Below are positions 21,175-35,365 of a stretch of 39,558 bases of DNA, one piece after another. Where the stretch lies: assembly GCF_000760515.2 (NCBI RefSeq), contig NW_013546400.1:62001-101558 (forward strand). The letters are read 5' to 3'. A model generated the notes under the pieces. The model was not told where the DNA came from. It ran no database searches and saw nothing but the letters and a program-made list of their open reading frames with translations. Made by a program: the position numbers and the translations under genes. The first letter of the stretch is position 1. Each line of letters begins with the position of its first letter. Source of the stretch: Mitosporidium daphniae (taxonomy: Eukaryota).

Positions 21175-22090
21175 CTAAACCACTGCCTCTCGCTTTGATT
21201 GGCTGGAGAATGTCTGCTCTGAAGACGAAACATGAGGCAGCAACAATAAGCTATCGGCAGGATTGGTTGCTGGGATCGTATACGAGGTCAGACCAAAGAG
21301 CTGGCCAGCATACTTGGCATCGTCTATTTTGTCGTCAAAAAAGATCCTTCTCATTTGGAAAAAGGTAGTCGCTGTTAATAAAGAGTCACTTCCGGCCTGG
21401 TGCTGCGGCCCTATTCTCATGACGCCCAGGGAGTCGGCGACATCTTGGAGACCGCCTTTTAGGTTTTTACAACTCTTCATCAAGTGTTTTACATCGTAAA
21501 TGATAGGGAAGAACGTTTTCAAAAGCGTGAAAAATTGTGCTTCCGTATGAGGCAGTGGGGTACAAATCAGAATCTTCAATAAATATCCGAAATCATAGCC
21601 AGAGTGGAAGGAGATCCAGCGCACATTGTCGCTCATAATGACGCCAGAAGATGTTAAAAGGGCGCCAAAATCTTCGATGCTGATCCCGCTTATTTCGTGC
21701 TTCTGAAAATCGATGCCAGACTTTGTGAGGAGCTCAATTGACTCTTGGGAGTACATGTCTTCCGTCAGATTGAATTTAAAGTGAAACTGCCATGTGCATG
21801 GCCCGTTTGTGGGGTATCTCCCATTTTCGTCAGTAAATGTGAGCCCAAGCTGGATAAGATTGAGAATGTCGACGTTGCATTTGAGAGTCTGATAGGAGAT
21901 ATCTGCAACACATTTTGTTGGATAAAGAGGACGGGCGACGATCCCAGGGAATTCAGTATCCTAAAAAAATAGCTTGCACTCTTACCATGGAGATGTAGTT
22001 GTAAATTCCGACGGTGTTCCGAATGGCCTCCATTTCCCACTCCAAGTTGTCGCTCCAGACATTCCGGATCAAAAGCGAGGGGTCGACCAT
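21175..22090 (-). CDS. CAF1: CCR4-NOT deadenylase subunit Caf1/Pop2 (CNOT7/8)
   Basis: IRNVWSDNLE..ISM|DTEFPG (intron 21961-21985), YQTLKCNVD, WISFHSGYDFGYL and RIGPQHQAGSDSLLT. Confidence 0.96.
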
Positions 22091-22144
22091 CAAGTCAAAA
22101 TCGAGTAATTTAAAATTTAATTTAATTATTTTGCCGATGTTTCC

Positions 22145-25100
22145 CTAGTTCTGAGGGCCATACTGGCCATCAAGGCGCCTACGCCACTCAAAAAGCAGCT
22201 GAAGGGCGGAACGGGCACTAATTGCATCGAGGTCACACTTTTGAAGCTCACAAAGAATGTTCCGTTCTGCCAAGCCTTTTTTTTGTGCAAGACCTTCTTT
22301 TTCTACCAAATCTTCTGTTTGCTTGTGTTCTGGTATGTCTGACTCGATGTTCCTTAAAATTGATTCCGGAATACCCGCAAGCCGAGCAACCTGCACGCTA
22401 TTAGAAGTTGAGGCAAGGCCAGGCACGATATGATGTAGAAAAATGACGCTTTTTGTAAACTCGTTTGTAATTGCACTCGTTTTCCAAAATACAATTGGTG
22501 AAGATGTACTACCAGCAGCTGAATTTCGACGGTGCAATGTCGATTTGTGGCCTAATGGGGAGCTGTTTGGGCCAAGCGCTTTCCTCGAACCATCTGGTGT
22601 CATCTCATGATCTGCCATGATCCCGCTATTTACCATACCGTTATTTTGATCGACAAAATCAATTTGAGCCTCACCACTCTCCTTTCCATGTGCCTTTGGA
22701 GGAAAGAAAGGGCCGCTGATGCCATCGACAAGCTCAGCATAAAAATGCGTAGCAAATAGCACCCGACTGCGATTCATATCAATCAGATACTGCGCTACGG
22801 CTCTTGCAATAGCCTTACCTTCGGATGGGCTTGTTCCTCGCCCAATCTCATCCACAATCACCAACGAACGCTTGGTGGCGTGTTTCAGAATGGCAGCAGT
22901 CTCCTTCATTTCTAGCATGAAAGTGGACTCATTTGTCGTTAAACTGTCAGAAGAGCCGATTCTGGTAAAAATTGCATCGGTAATTCCAATTCGGGCAGAG
23001 TCTGCTGGGACGAAAAACCCACATTGTGCCATTAAAACGATCAGCGCTGTTTGGCGCAAAAAGGTGCTCTTGCCGCCCATATTTGGCCTAAAGGGTTAGA
23101 GGGGAATGATACCCGGTTATCAGTGCAAACCGAGCCCCTTTTGTACTGGTTAGATTGTCCTTTTCTTCTTGAGCAAGTATGCAATCATTCTTAACAAATT
23201 GGATCCCGGTGTGCGTGAGTCCAAGTTCAACAACGGGATGGCGACCGCCAAATATTGAAAGCCCAGTCCTAGAAAAAGGTGATAGACCGTGCGTACCCTT
23301 CGTTAATGTCGGGTCGTACATATCCTCGAATGGTTGCCACACGTGCCATGGTGGTGAGAAGATCTAGTATCGCGAAGGCCTTGGCCAGGGCCCGTATTGC
23401 AGGCGCATGCGTTATCATCTAACGATGAGCCCATGGTAATTGGCTTCACCTGCTCGCAGATCTTTTTATAAATATCCATTTCCAACTTAAGAGACTCTTC
23501 TTGATGTGTTTCCGAAAAGGAACACAAAGCATTAAGTTCTGCAGTCTGGTATCGAAAGTACTGTGCTGTTTTAGTTTCCTGAACAAAGATGGGTTCAGTA
23601 AGCGGACCATCCCGCAGCGGGACTTCGACAAGCATGTAGTTGTTTCGATACTCGATGATCTTTAGCGCAGAAACACCTACATACCGTTGATATACCGTGA
23701 AAGATGTCCAGAAATAATCGATAAAAGCAACATTAGCAAAGTTAACACGAATGGAATGCATTTTTACCTGTAAGTGTCCGATAGTGCGCCTCCAGTGTGC
23801 CGATCTCTTTTTTTAATTGGCCTTTCTTCTCCCGAATGGCCGCCAATGCCGGTCCAAATTTGGCAATTGGGTATCTAGGAAATTAGCACCACTGATCGGT
23901 ACGATATGGAAATAAAGTTCCCCTCGGAAAGACGATGTGGCGGGTCATCCACTATAATTTCTCCCAGAAATGCGCACAGGTTGGTATTAACTCCGGCTGA
24001 AAGCCCATCCATTGCCTTTGCGAGAATTTCAATTCCAGTTGCAGAGAGAATAGCGCAGCAATCCAGCACCTCTTTGGCACAGATAAGAGACTTTCGAATG
24101 CTGGAGAGATGCCGCAAAGATCCATATGCATCTCGTCGCAGTATGATGGTATTGAGGTGCCGTTCGAGGTCTGTCAGCTCTTTAAGATAGCCACGAATAT
24201 TATCTACAAGCTGGAGATCTTTAAAAAAAAACTCCACACCATCTAGGCGATCGCGTATTGTCGAAACATCCGTGAGAGGTGCCTGCAGCCATTGCGAAAG
24301 TAAACGGGCGCCCATTGGTGTTTGGGCCATGTTGAGAGTTCCAAAGAGGGAGCCTTTCTCAGTGCCTGTGCGAGAGCCTGTAAGAATCTCTAATGCACGA
24401 AATGCCTGTGAGTCAATGGTGAGTGGCGGCGACCGCGACTGGAAATGCTTTGCCGCCATGGAGTTGAAGAGCGTTGTGGCGCTCTCGACCTGTGTCTCCT
24501 GAACATACTCCACTAGGCTTGTCAGGGCCAGCTCCTCTTCTCTTGTTGCAGGGGAAAATCGTTTGACGATGAGTCTCGCGTTTGGAGAGAGATTTAATAA
24601 ACGCAAAGTGATACAAATAGGATTTCCACCTTTGCAGCGGCTAACACGCTCTGCAATTTCCGTAATAATGGCAGAGTATTGTTGAGAGACGAGGATTTCT
24701 GTTGGTGATAGCTTTACCAAGTACTGCTCGATGCTTTCTAACGTTGTGGATGCAAATGAGATATCTCCGGTTGAAATGTCGATCCATGCAAGACCCATAC
24801 GTCCTGCCACAGGAAATGAAGATTCATCCAAGGGAGATGGAGTCATAGAGGTGTCAGACCTCAATTCGCCACTGATGGCAAGTAAAAAATTGTTATTAGA
24901 AGCTGACAGTACAGAGTCTTCAGAAAGCGTACCGGGCGTGATGATGCGAGATATTTTTCTTTCAAAATTCCGTCCGCTAGAGGGATCTGTAGACGGGAAT
25001 TGATCGCAGATCACCAGTTTGTATGTGTTTTCGGTGACCAACTTACGCATATGCGAACCGGCTTGGAAAGAGGCTACGGGAATTCCGGTAAAGTAGAGTA

Positions 25101-25641
25101 CTGGTAAAGACGGCTTGCTGCGCCCACTATCATCTGCGGCTTGGCAACCGCTTTTGGGGAATCTAAAAGCGAATCATTATGATGGTGAATACCGTTGAAA
25201 CAGGTTTCGCCCAAAATATGACGGGATCTTTTTTGTGGTAAGGCCAAGTCCCAATACCCGAGATGCGACCAACGCATCTGGGCCATAAAACTCGTAAAAC
25301 TCGCCAATCTGATACAGCAGCAAATATGAGCTACATGATGATAGCAAGAAATCATACTCTGAGAGCGGATATTTCTCCTTGAGCTCAAAATAGTGGTATA
25401 TGACCCCGGATTGCGCGCCCTCTGCATTTGAGGCAGTCTTTGCGGGCTCCTCTGATCCATGAATACCTTTTGTTATGGACTCATTGCAATCCTCTCCCTC
25501 TGGCTCCAAGGTTCGAGAGGCTATCCTTGCATAATATGCTGAAAATGCTCGAGTTAAAATTCGGAAAGACGATAGAGGGCAAAGCGCCCGATGTAGGTGA
25601 TGCCCTAACCATCCTCTTTTGAGCGCAAAAAGGGCAATCAT
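22145..25641 (-). CDS. MSH1: MutS homolog, mitochondrial Msh1-type
   Basis: Presequence-like N-terminus, [10 protein letters not shown] mismatch motif, [35 protein letters not shown] and DEIGRGT. Introns 25331-25357, 25163-25192, 23875-23902, 23677-23767, 23419-23449, 23269-23296 and 23088-23112. Confidence 0.85.
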
Positions 25642-25795
25642 GTGGAATTGAACTCGAAAATTTTGATGCCCTTTTTACATTAATTGCAACAAAGGACATT
25701 ACTTTAGCAAGTTTTTATCGAAATACAGACACCTTTCTGGTGGCTGGGATTCAATATGCAATGCATAGCGATCCGATTGCTTTCTATTTATTTAT

Positions 25796-27960
<2,165 letters not shown>

Positions 27961-28153
27961 AATTAATTTGTACAAATTTTCAATTTACGCACTTGCAGCT
28001 TGGACCCAATGGGGATGGCTGTAATTTAGCGCGGTAAGTGGCTGAAAATGCATGTATATGCAATGCTGGCATGCAAAAACTTAAATCAACCAATACGTAG
28101 GCCCGTATATGCATGTATGGCCACAGTATGTATTGACAGGGGTCTTTATTGCA

Positions 28154-29338
28154 CTAACAGCGCAGAGCATCCAGCGCCGTCAAGAGAGCATCGCTCTTTT
28201 TGGCAAGAACATCCAAAGCTTCGTTGACCAGAACGTAGGGGGATAAAATTCCCGTTGATTCGATATTAACTACAATTGATTATTGAAAAGCTTACATATG
28301 AAATAGTCCCTCCGGCGTCCAAGCTCCACCTTGTGTGCAAACTCTGGATGACGAAGTACCTCTCTTGTCATGGTGTCCAAGCGAGGGTTTTCCACCACGG
28401 CCCGCATGCTCTTTTGGCCATTTACGGCGGTTTTCGCTATCACGCCAGGTGGGAAGCAACTGATAAACTTTTCAACAAGCCCGTTTTCTTTTCCCTTCTC
28501 CTCTTCAATGGGTGAGGTGATATTGATCACCGGAAGCAGACGGTATGTCGCCGTTGCCACAGGCGACCATTTTGCGTGCTCTTTTCCAAGGTTTTTTTCG
28601 CAATGCAGTTCTAAATCGAGCTCCTGGCCTGGACGCAGTTTTGCAATCAAAATGTCTGGATGCACGGGCCGGACCGGTGAGTCTTGAAACTCTGTGCCTT
28701 GGTTGCCCTGCGGTATCCATTGAAGCATCGAAGAATAGACTACGCGGTGAAAAGCGTGCACATACCATTTTCGTTAATCATCTGCCTCGGTTCATTTCCG
28801 ACCTTGGGCGCCAATTCACACTTGACCTTCAGCTGAAAGACAATTGTGTTCATATCGTTTGCCTCCTCGTGTGCTCCCTTTGCGGAGAGCCGCCGCGGAT
28901 CAATAAAGATGGGAATGAGCCCTAACCGCTGTGCTAATATTTCGTCTTGGACGATGGAGGTGTTATTTAGAATGTAGACCTTCTCAATAGCAACGGTGGG
29001 GATCTACAAAAACAGCAAAAAAGACACCCACCTCTGCTATTAAAATGCGACGTATAGCATTGGCGATGGATGAGTCTACACCGACCAAATCGAACTCCAG
29101 CTCATCCTGATCTGCCGAAGGATATACGATTACGTTGAGATTCAATTTGAACTTTTCGATATCAAAATATGGGTCAACAAGGTCAGCGGAATATGTTCCC
29201 GGATACTCGTCAAATGACACCTAGTCGGTTAAAAAGCGCGTTTACATTTGATATGGTCTCTGCACCGACGTTGGCTATCCTGGAAATCGGAGGTTTCTCC
29301 TCTTTGATGTGTTCCGTTTTGACCTTTGTCTTTGCCAT
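28154..29338 (-). CDS. RPC40: RNA polymerase I/III shared subunit AC40
   Basis: EFDLVGVDSSIANAIRRILIAE|IPTVAIEKVYILNNTSIVQDEILAQRLGLIPI, DILIAKLRPGQE and GKEHAKWSPVATATYRLLP. Introns 29221-29245, 29004-29031, 28740-28765 and 28270-28295. Confidence 0.96.
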
Positions 29339-29428
29339 TCAGAAATTTGTATTTTGAATGTTAAAAATTTTTGCCAGAATTAATTTGTATTATTAAATTT
29401 ACAACATGTCGGCAGTTTTATTACCAAA

Positions 29429-30157
29429 TTATTTGATATACTTTTCCATGAACTTGNGATGGAAATCAGACCTGCCCATGTCGTTGATAAATCTCTTTTG
29501 TGGCTTGAACTCACCAGTACCTTGGTTTCTAAAAACGGTGTCCTCCGTCCACGGCACCACTGCAGCGGCCTTTTTCTGATTTTGAAACCTTAAGGGATTG
29601 CTGCCCATGATCACAGAGTCTTCGGTATCCTCGAGCTTCTTTCTTTCCTCCATGCGTTCCCTTTTTATTTTTTCCAATTCCAACAGGAGCAGCTCTGTAT
29701 CGTCTTCTTCCTGATCATCAGAATTTTGCTCTTGCTCAAAAGAACCACCATGCTCCGGCTCATCAAGTCCAACATTTGTGTTTTGATTTTGGGATTCATT
29801 TTCGGGCTCGTTTTCAAGACCATCATGTGTGTCAGGTTGGACCCCACTTGTCCCTATCCCATGTTCACTGACATGCTCATCAGCATCTCCATCTTCGTCG
29901 AATCGCTGTGAGAGAGATGCTAGCAATTTAAGCTTTTCCTCCGTAGCTTTGTCGAATTTGATCCTTTTCTTTTCAATCTCCTCAACTGAGCTCTGGCCTG
30001 GCTGCCTAACCGAAAATTATAATTGAGCCCATTACCTGATCTTTAGTTTTTTGTGTGCAATCTGGTCTTTTGCCGAATAGTACAAAGACGGCGCTGCATT
30101 GATGTCTAGCTCGTCCCCTTTTGCTGGACACCAAGTGGGTCTAGATGCAGTAGTCAT
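29429..30157 (-). CDS. CWC15: Pre-mRNA splicing factor Cwc15
   Basis: MTTASRPTW.PAKG, AHKKLKIR|QPGQ (intron 30006-30035), DDTELLLLELEKIKRER and FINDMGRSDFH.KFMEKYIK. Confidence 0.95.
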
Positions 30158-30248
30158 ACAAAAATGGCCAATCAAATATTTTAAATTTAATTTCTAAAAT
30201 TGACATCCAAAACTCTACTTAACCATAATTGGGATGTGATATACATAA

Positions 30249-31034
30249 ATGTGGCCGGCATGCCGTACCCCATTCATGTCGAAAATCGATTACTCCCTGC
30301 CGGACATGCAGACATTTACTTCTGAATATCTTCCCGAGATAGCCCGAAACGTCGAGCCATCGCCGACGGCCAGTCCGTCTACGTCCCCAAAGTCTCAAAA
30401 ACGGACGGAAAACAAATTGCCAGAAATGGTGTCCAGTCCTTTCTACAAGCCATCCGCCACGCCCGATCTTGTTTCCCACGTGTCTTTTTTCGACAGGAAT
30501 AATGATGGGGTAATCTTGCCTTGGGAAACATATGAAACGCTGCATTCAGACCTTGGTATTAACAGCATTATCTCTATGGGAGCTACTGCTGTCTTGCATC
30601 TTTGCATGTCATACGCTACATCTGATAGCTGGATCCCTGACCCCTTTTTTGGGATAACAGTTGCGAATATTAGCAGGTGCAGATTGGGATCCCATTGTGG
30701 TGTCTATGACAGCGACGGAAGAATCGACGTAAATGTGTTCGAGAAGCAGTTTGGAAGGCTGGAGTTGAAGGATTATTTCAAATCTCCACAGGCTAAATTG
30801 GCGGCGCCTCATTCTCTTACTCCTCGTCTTACATTGGCGGATGCGTGGGAAATCAGCGCGCAAAACGACAGCCTGCTCGATGTGGCAGGCTGGGTTGTAG
30901 ATAAAGTGATGTGGATCCTTTTGGCAGTGCTCGAGAATAACTCGATCTCAAAAAGCTCCCTTCTCGACTGCTACAAAGGAAATCCCTACTTTGAGGCAAA
31001 AAGGAAGCAACGATCGACAGAAAATCCCGGCTAA
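30249..31034 (+). CDS. Caleosin/peroxygenase family protein
   Basis: HVSFFDRNNDGVILPWETY (His plus EF-hand), SYAT..SWIPDPFF proline knot and GVYDSDGR. The start could be 30249 or a nearby downstream ATG. Confidence 0.88.
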   Translation: MWPACRTPFMSKIDYSLPDMQTFTSEYLPEIARNVEPSPTASPSTSPKSQKRTENKLPEMVSSPFYKPSATPDLVSHVSFFDRNNDGVILPWETYETLHSDLGINSIISMGATAVLHLCMSYATSDSWIPDPFFGITVANISRCRLGSHCGVYDSDGRIDVNVFEKQFGRLELKDYFKSPQAKLAAPHSLTPRLTLADAWEISAQNDSLLDVAGWVVDKVMWILLAVLENNSISKSSLLDCYKGNPYFEAKRKQRSTENPG

Positions 31035-31184
31035 TTGACAAATAAAATTTACAACGGTGCAATTGGACATGGCCCAGGGTGGGGACACAAGGTGTGCTAT
31101 ACCGGCTGAAGATTTTAATTAATCGGCATGTTTTATTGGGAAATATTACACTCCAAATTTTGGCACAAAAAATACAAGGGACCA

Positions 31185-31887
31185 TCATTTTGAGAGCAGC
31201 TTTGCAAGCGCTTGTCTTTTCTCTATGACCTGGCTGATTTCTGTCTGGATAGCATTTTTGGTGGCCGTTAGTCGCTCAAGCTCTTGTTTTGCTACGGTAG
31301 GGTATGGCGAGGAGGTTTTCTCCAATTTGGAAAGGGTGCAAATGTTCCCAATGCCAGCCCTCTTCATCACAGACTTTAGCGAAGGCGAGCAAATTACCTA
31401 GAGGGTTAGAAGAACAGGGTACGATTTCGTTATAAGATTCAGCGATCACCGAAATCAGAGGCGATGGCGGAGGAATAGGAAGTAAGATGCCGTTTTCTTC
31501 GGAAGGATATAGCCTCAAAAAGTGCACAAGTTGAAGAGGCTTTGAGATGGAGTCCTTCAAAAAGATCTTGATTTGAACTTCAAACTCTCCCCATCCTAGC
31601 TCGCTGATCTCGAAAGGCCACTTTTCAACGCTCCGGAGTGGCATGGCAAATGAGTCGTGAAGCTTGAAAATGACTTTTGAAATAAAAGGGGACATATCTG
31701 CATGTGGATCAAGACCCCGGACATATAGCGTCCACCTGTGTGTAAAGTCTGGGTTCGTAGTTGCAAAATCAGGAATGTTCTTCAATGGGGTCGAGACATT
31801 TCCATACACAATGGGAATGCATGCAGAATCGTCATGCTCCTACAATGAGAACGCACAAAATACATTTTGGAAATGGCCCAGCTCCAT
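31185..31887 (-). CDS. YAF9: YEATS-domain protein Yaf9/GAS41
   Basis: PIVYGN, THRWTLYVRG, FKLHDSF, PFEISELGWGEFEVQIKIF and a C-terminal coiled coil. Introns 31840-31863 and 31398-31422. Confidence 0.9.
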
Positions 31888-31965
31888 GCCGAGTAAAATG
31901 GTAAATTTTAATAAAAGTTTCGTTTTCAACTAAACCGGTGCTGATGACGGCATTTAACACTTGTA

Positions 31966-32225
31966 CGGCATTTTGGTTCAAAAAAAAGAGTTCTTGGTAT
32001 GCGGTAAGGGGTATGGTTCCCTTAACCCTAAATCATACAAAGATTAAAATGCCGCCATTGATCCATAAATAGCAGCCTTCAGCAGCTATTGCAGTATGGG
32101 GATCCTCAATTTACATTTAACGATAGAGAAACATCACATGCAGATCCAACCCATTTAATGCCCAGGTACTGTGTATTTTGTAAAGAATTTCCACGTGCTT
32201 TGTTTGAAAGCAGAGCAACCTTTTA
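31966..32225 (+). ncRNA. Candidate structured ncRNA (H/ACA-like hairpin-H-hairpin-ACA core at about 31994-32118, with flanking stems)
   Basis: Intergenic, with no convincing ORF. Stems TTGGTATG/CATACAA and TAAGGG/CCCTTA, H-box-like AGATTA (32041-46), hairpin ATTGA..TCAAT, ACA at 32113-15 and a further hairpin at 32196-32217. Confidence 0.45.
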
Positions 32226-32269
32226 TACAAACTTTTATGATGTGCTTAAATTACTGTCGATTGCAGATC

Positions 32270-32813
32270 TCATTCGTCTAAATCAAGACCGAATTTGGCA
32301 TATTGCTCTCGAATAGTCGTGCCCTCGCATTCGGCAATTTTCCCCAAAGCCATCTGTCCGGCATCTTTTAGTTCATTGTAGGTATGTAGGGAATCGATTT
32401 GAGATCTAACAGTCCTAAAAAACAAAAGCTATCGTCGATACTTTTCGCTGTTTTCTATACTAAAGCCCTCCTGTTCAAGTTGAGATATCGACTCTTTCAA
32501 TTGAGCAATGGCATGGGAAACCTGCTCACGCTCTCCTAACCAGAGATATATTAACAGGCAATTTTCGGCAACGAAAATTGCAGAAAGAGGCCTGTCTGAA
32601 GGCGGCCCATTATATTCTTTCCATATACCGGATAACTGGCTCTAATTACGTAAAACATGACGCGTATATCACTTGGGACTCAATGTCAATAATGCCTTTA
32701 GCAGAGGGTTCCTCTTCAATTGTGAAGATTGTATCTGAAACTTTTGTGGCTTCTTCAAAGCATAAAATTGATAACCCGTCATCATAGTGGAAGAATTTAT
32801 GGCTCGACGGCAT
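32270..32813 (-). CDS. SWI5: Swi5/Sae3 recombination mediator (absent from the ORF track)
   Basis: The last exon (after intron 32415-32441) reads TVRSQIDSLHTYNELKDAGQMALGKIAECEGTTIREQYAKFGLDLDE*, the Swi5 signature LHxYNxxKDxGQxLxG. The upstream exons (ATG 32813, intron 32642-32672) are tentative. Confidence 0.85.
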
Positions 32814-32840
32814 AAGAATCAAAAATTAAAATTGCAATTT

Positions 32841-33638
32841 ATGTTTTTATTTGGATCCAGAAAGTCGCCACAAGAACTGTTAAAAGAAAACCAAAGGACC
32901 ATCAATAGGGCAATCAGGGAGATTGATCGCGAGCGGTTATCTCTTGAAACACAAGAAAAAAACTATCTCGTCACGGCTAAACGAGCAGCTACGTCTGGAC
33001 ACATTTCCTCCGTAAAAATCATAGCAAAGGATGCCATAAGGGTACGGTCGCAAATCAACCGATTCTTCGAATTAAGGACACAGCTCCAGGCAGTTTCCCT
33101 GCGGCTGCAAACCTTAAAATCCACACAGACAATAGCAACGGTTATGATGGGCGTGGCAAAGGTTAGAGGATATTTTTTCATTTCCAGGTGAGTTCATGGC
33201 AATCATATAAATCTGCAGGCAATCAAAGCAGTAAATAAAAAGACCGACCTTGATGGCTTGTCGAAAATCCTACAGGATTTTGAACAGCAAAACTCAATTA
33301 TGGGGGTCAAGGAGGACGCATTGGATAGCACCTTGGATTCAATGGTGATGGAGCAGATGATAGACGTAATATCAGCAGAAGAAAACGGCGAGGCTGCAGC
33401 AGATGAGCTTACGCGCAAGATATTAGAAGAAGCTGGAGTTACGGCCGATGCACCAGTAGTGGCAATTGACCCTTTTCTTTAGGTAAAACGAGCAGCTGCG
33501 CCAACGCTTGAACCCCTTGCACCGGCCCAGCTTCGAGACTCGCTCTCGAAAAAAATCGAGCTCACCTCTGAAAATGGTCCCCTCAACAGCAAGGATACCG
33601 AACTGGAGGCCAGGCTGCACAGATTAAAAGATAAATAA
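32841..33638 (+). CDS. VPS2: ESCRT-III subunit Vps2/Did4 (CHMP2)
   Basis: MFLFGSRKSPQELLKENQRTINRAIREIDRER, TQLQAVSLRLQTLKS and the C-terminal MIM ELEARLHRLK. Intervening sequences at 33162-33218 (doublet) and 33456-33482. Confidence 0.93.
33162..33218 (+). other. Two abutting tiny introns (26+31 nt) with a zero-nt exon
   Basis: AAG|gttagaggatattttttcatttccag|gtgagttcatggcaatcatataaatctgcag|GCA, restoring MMGVAK|AIKAVNKK. Confidence 0.78.
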
Positions 33639-33685
33639 TTTTTCGTGTAATTTACAATCGTGTAAATCGACACCGAAACGCAAAC

Positions 33686-35237
33686 ATGTTCAAAGGATGC
33701 CCAGGGAAGGTTCTTATTTGCGGGGGACATTTGATTTTAGATCCGGTACATAAGGGAATTTCTTTTCCCTTTCCGGCGGCCTGCATCTTTTCCAAAGCGC
33801 GCAAAAGCTATGTAGCGCACACAGCCACGGAGATACACATACCTTACACACCCTCTTGCCTCCTTAAGTTGTCATTTTGCCAACGCAATGAAGGTTCAAA
33901 GTCCAATGTTGACTTTTCAACCTTTTCGCTACTTGCTATATTTAAAGATGTGCAATTTTCGCCTCCAGATACAATCACATTACATGCTTATCTTTTACGC
34001 ATCGAATCTAATTGCATTTCTGCCAGGGAGGGCTGGGCTGTTATTCCATTATGCCATCTCAAGGGATCCTCTTTCGCTACCCAAATATGTCTGAACGATG
34101 ACCCTGTACCTTTTGAACAGTTTTCTTTCCAAGCTACGACAATTATGATTTGGTACCTTGCCAATTACAAAAGTTTACAGCTATGCAATGGCGAGGCTTA
34201 TAACCAAAAACTTATGCTCATTGAAATGGAGACCATTTCGGATCAAGCATTTTACACTACGCCTCCCTGTAAATTTGCGGATCAAAATGGGGCTCCAATT
34301 TGGAATACACCAATCAAAAAGCTGTGTAAAAGTGGTCTGGGGAGCAGCGCCGCATATGTCTCGTCTTTGGTTTTGGCGCTTTGTGAAGATGACTGCACCC
34401 GTACTCTGCTTCTAACACAGGCATTGTTGGCCCATTGGATTGGCCAGGGCTGCAAAGGATCTGGATTTGATATCTGTACTTCTCTTCTAAATGCCTTAGA
34501 AACCCGCCCGGTTTGCTTAATATTTTCTCAATCAAGAGAAGTGAGTCAATTATTGCCCATCGTTGCCTCTTCCATTCGATTGCTTTTCAAGTCTATTGGG
34601 AAGCTTTCTTTAGTAGAATCGCAACTTTTGGCTTTGGTGGAAGTATTTCCTATTTGTTCACCTATAGGCTGTTGATAGTTGGGACATTGGAAAGTTTTCG
34701 TTTCCTTGCTCGCTCACCCTATCTCTGGTGATGACGGATAAAAGTTTAGGGTCTGATACGGCGACCTTAATTGATGAGGCGCAGAAACTAAGCAATGCCG
34801 ATGCCAAAAGCAGCCATTCAAATAGCGATTCCGATGCCAAATGGACCCATTCAAATGGCGAAATAGTTTCGTTTTTCACTTCAACTAGCCTTGAAAAGTG
34901 GACTCCAATGTTATCTCGGGAATTGTCAAGGCTGTATTTGGTATTTTCTCATCACTTTTCTTTGTAGGAATATCGAAAGGCCATTCAATGCATATGCAAA
35001 AAAAGTATCCCTTTGGAGCCACCTTGTTTTCGAGAACTTCTAAACTTCATGATGAAAGATGATGAACATGTTTCGGCAGCAGGTATTCCAGGTGCGGGTG
35101 GATTTGACTCACTCTTCGTGCTTTCGCTTAAAGATTTTGATCTTGCAGCCGTACTACAAAAGTGGAATACTTTACCTTGTTCACTGTCTTCGGTATCAAA
35201 CGCAACCATTCTATCTTCATGGAATCTCTCTCAATAG
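33686..35237 (+). CDS. ERG8: Phosphomevalonate kinase, Erg8-type (GHMP)
   Basis: PGKVLICGGHLILDP, KSGLGSSAA, AHWIGQGCKGSGFDI and GIPGAGGFD. Introns 34643-34667 and 34941-34967. Confidence 0.88.
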
Positions 35238-35365
35238 GGGTGTCCAGAGATGTCCTTGTTAATATTTATTAAAATACGCTCTGTTTCTGTGCATCATATA
35301 TACAAAATCACGTCAAGTTTCCAACCTAATGTACGAAATTTAAAGCGACTAAACCATCAGCATTT

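Noticed and set aside
28040..28125. Repeated ATGCATGTAT / TGCATG motifs upstream of the polo kinase
   Set aside because: Only two exact copies. They could be regulatory, but there is no support beyond the repetition.
29457..29457. Ambiguous base N in CWC15
   Set aside because: An assembly ambiguity in a codon of the conserved FHxKFM motif, not a biological feature.
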